Below are positions 62,395-64,000 of a DNA stretch of 64,000 nucleotides, piece after piece. The translations under genes and the position numbers were made by a program. How positions within the stretch are numbered: the stretch's first letter is position 1; every line of letters starts with the position of its first letter. The stretch lies in contig CATNEN010000001.1 in the NCBI GenBank assembly GCA_950097015.1, forward strand, positions 8,370,001 to 8,434,000, given 5' to 3'. Below the pieces are notes generated by a model. The model saw only the letters and a list, made by a program, of their open reading frames with translations, did no database searches and was not told where the DNA came from. This DNA comes from Macrostomum hystrix (lineage: Eukaryota; Animalia; Platyhelminthes).

Positions 62395-63525
62395 TCCAGT
62401 CACTCTTTATTCAGGGTCACTCATCACTCCTCAGTCACTCCTCAGCCACTCTTCAATCATCTCTCCTCAGTCACTCCTCAGCCACTATTCACTCTAGTCT
62501 GTAGTCACTCTTCACTCATCTCTCCTCAGTCACTCCTCAGCCACTATTCACTCTAGTCTGTAGTCACTCTTCACTCATCACTCCTCAGTCACTCCTCAGC
62601 CACTCTTCAATCATCTCTCCTCAGTCACTCCTCAGCCACTATTCACTCTAGTCTGTAGCCACTCTTCACTCATCTCTTCTCAGTCACTCCTCAGCCACTA
62701 TTCACTCCAGTCTGTAGTCACTCTTCACTCATCTCTCCTCAGTCACTCCTCAGCCACTATTCACTCTAGTCTGTAGTCACTCTTCACTCATCTCTCCTCA
62801 GTCACTCCTCAGCCACTATTCACTCTAGTCTGTAGTCACTCTTCACTCATCTCTTTTCAGTCACTCCTCAGCCACTATTCACTCTAGTCTGTAGTCACTC
62901 TTCACTCATCTCTTCTCAGTCACTCCTCAGCCACTATTCACTCTAGTCACTCTTCACTCATCTCTTCTCAGTCACTCCTCAGCCACTATTCACTCTAGTC
63001 ACTCTTCACTCATCTCTTCTCAGTCACTCCTCAGCCACTATTCACTCTAGTCACTCTTTACCCATCACTCCTCAGCCACTATTCACTCTAGTCACTCTTC
63101 ACTCATCTCTTCTGAGTCACTCCTCAGCCACTATTCACTCTAGTCACTCTTCACTCATCTCTTCTCAGTCACTCCTCAGCCACTATTCACTCTAGTCACT
63201 CTTTACTCATCTCTTCTCAGTCACTCCTCAGCCACTATTCACTCTAGTCACTCTTTACCCATCACTCCTCAGTTACTCTTCACTCATCACTCCTCAGCCA
63301 CTCTTCACAATTGTCACTTTTCACTCTTCACTCTTCAGTCACTCCTTATTCACTCTTCACTCTAGTCACTCTTCACTCATCTCTCATCAGTCACTCCTCA
63401 GCCACTATTCACTCTAGTTACTCTTTACCCATCACTCCTCAGCCACTCTTCACAATTGTCACTTTTCACTCTTCACTCTTTAGTCACTCCTCAGTCACTC
63501 TTCCCTCTAGTCACTCTTGACTATT
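62395..63525. repeat. Composite CT-rich satellite (agtcactc/cactcctcag subunits, ~50-58-bp period)
   Basis: Tandem degenerate repeats. Confidence 0.9.
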
Positions 63526-63624
63526 ACCTTAGTCATTGGTCACTATTCAAATTTGTTCAGCTTTCAAATAGACCTGTATCGAAATATTTATAAATATATA
63601 TTATTTATTTATTACGGATTCCAG

Positions 63625-64000
63625 CCACACAGCACTCCAGTATCGACCAACATGCAGCAGCAGCAGCAGCAGTCTCATTCACCCGTCAACTATCAGCGCT
63701 ACTATTTCTATCCTCTGCCTGATGGCACTGTACTACCATGCGTACTACACAATGGTCGCTTGTGCCCGATCGGGCCTCCAATAATCAATAACCAACGCCC
63801 TGTACCTCCGCCGCCGCCGCCACCACCGCCACCGCCTCAGGAGTCAGCTATCACTGCGCCAACTGATCCAACATCCATAGCCTTAGTTAAACAGCTTGGC
63901 CTGAGTGTATCTACCTTGCGCACTATGAAACACGAATTATTTGATAGTTGCACAGCTGACCAATCACTTTGCTCCCCGGCTAAGCTAGCTAGCCAATCGC
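63625..64000 (+). CDS. Exon encoding a Nup96-like N-terminal region; open past the window end
   Basis: Acceptor ttccag| at 63624; ATG at 63652; stop-free frame MQQQQQQSH...PPPPPPPPP...PTSIALVKQLGLSVSTLRTMKHELFD. This resembles the Nup96 motif recalled as IASSLGINPHVLQIMKASL, and it lies directly downstream of NUP98. Confidence 0.7.

Overview
Eukaryotic (invertebrate animal) genomic DNA: GT-AG intron-rich genes, many young transposons, and a different minisatellite array in many introns. This style is most consistent with a free-living flatworm such as Macrostomum; that assignment is inference only. 0.9-17 kb is a transposon nest: a decayed Gypsy pol split by a non-autonomous Helitron, then a 10-kb CMC/EnSpm (CACTA-like) element. 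That element has CCC termini, a TAA TSD, a broken transposase and a BEN-domain gene, and itself contains a second Helitron holding a LINE 3' fragment. Host genes: an intronless M1 aminopeptidase; a 2-exon secreted Cys-rich defensin-like peptide missed by the ORF track; a 2-exon LRAT/PLAAT-like gene; a 15-exon LolA/ependymin-like type I membrane protein; NEK10; and, divergently, NUP98. Top finding: NUP98 stops before its autoproteolytic domain, and a Nup96-like exon starts 3 kb downstream behind its own splice acceptor and ATG. The self-cleaving Nup98-Nup96 polyprotein may have been replaced by a split, possibly trans-spliced, arrangement. A Penelope-type minimal hammerhead ribozyme motif is also present. 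All exon models were hand-derived and phase-checked; no searches were run.
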